From Octopus vulgaris (taxonomy: Eukaryota), in assembly GCA_951406725.2 (NCBI GenBank), contig OX597814.1:9176001-9240000 (forward strand): 64,000 bases of DNA. The letters are read 5' to 3'. The number at the start of each line of letters is the position of its first letter. Positions within the stretch are counted from its first letter, which is position 1. The notes under the pieces were generated by a model that was not told the DNA's origin, ran no database searches, and saw nothing but the letters and a program-made list of their open reading frames with translations. Below are positions 63,447 through 64,000 of the stretch, one piece after another. A program made the position numbers and the translations under genes.

Positions 63447-64000
63447 ACCGAATGAGTAAAACTAATTGCTTTATCTACCAAGGTACTGTCAACTCGGATA
63501 GCTGGTCCCTCTGATGGGTTGACATACGACAGACTCTCTTTCTCCCTTTCATTTTCTTTATTCAGCAACCTTTCATCACAGAACTCCAGCAGCCTGGTTC
63601 CCTCATCATTGCAGGAGCCAAAACCGTAGCCTCCATGTATGCCATGGAAGCCCACGGCATATTGTCCAACATGTCCATTGAAGTCACCAGCCATGAAGAG
63701 AAGGTCCCTGCCATTCGTCAATGAGGTAGTTTGCAAGAGGGTGTCATAGAATCGGTCTTTCTGTCCATCGGGTAGCCCTGGATGAGGGGCATAGGCCGAG
63801 ATAATGGTTGCTAACCCATGATGGAGCACTAATCTAATCTTAAGCATTCTGTCGCATACTCCGACTACCTCGATTACCTTATCAACCCATTTCTCTGCAA
63901 GAAATATACCCACACCCCAACCCCATCAGTGCTCCCTGCCCAGAAAATCTTGTACCTATGTTCTTTGCCTGTGAGGAACCTAGCAGAACCTCCTCTCCAC
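63447..64000 (-). mobile_element. RTE LINE APE endonuclease fragment with internal deletion
   Basis: GVGIFL, IISAYAP, FYDTL, AGDFNGHVG..HGGYGFG..N.EG.RLLEFC. Confidence 0.9.

Overview
Repeat-rich, AT-rich eukaryotic (metazoan) DNA. The SINE and RTE tail families suggest Octopus/cephalopod, which is recognition from memory rather than a search result. About 95% of the window is intronic transposon debris: Tx1/L1-clade LINEs, R4/Dong-type REL-endonuclease LINEs in (AAT)n tracts, RTE LINEs, Penelope-like GIY-YIG elements with hammerhead ribozymes, a Gypsy integrase remnant, a probable solo LTR, a foldback MITE, tRNA-SINEs and micro/minisatellites. Hidden among these, on the minus strand, are 12 exons of one gene. 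They form a 4-exon module (A 137 nt, B 228 nt, C 225/228 nt, D 55 nt; phase 1-1 symmetric) repeated three times with a ~19-20 kb period. Each module encodes one PARP14/PARP9/PARP15 macro2-like macrodomain, and the whole splices into one open frame of 1941 nt (647 codons). The modules are mosaics of one another. Exon B diverges more than its flanking intron, mostly by replacement changes, and two of three copies carry a G->E change plus a one-codon deletion in the diphosphate-binding loop. The gene's start and end lie outside the window. Transposon boundaries are approximate; exon boundaries were read base by base.
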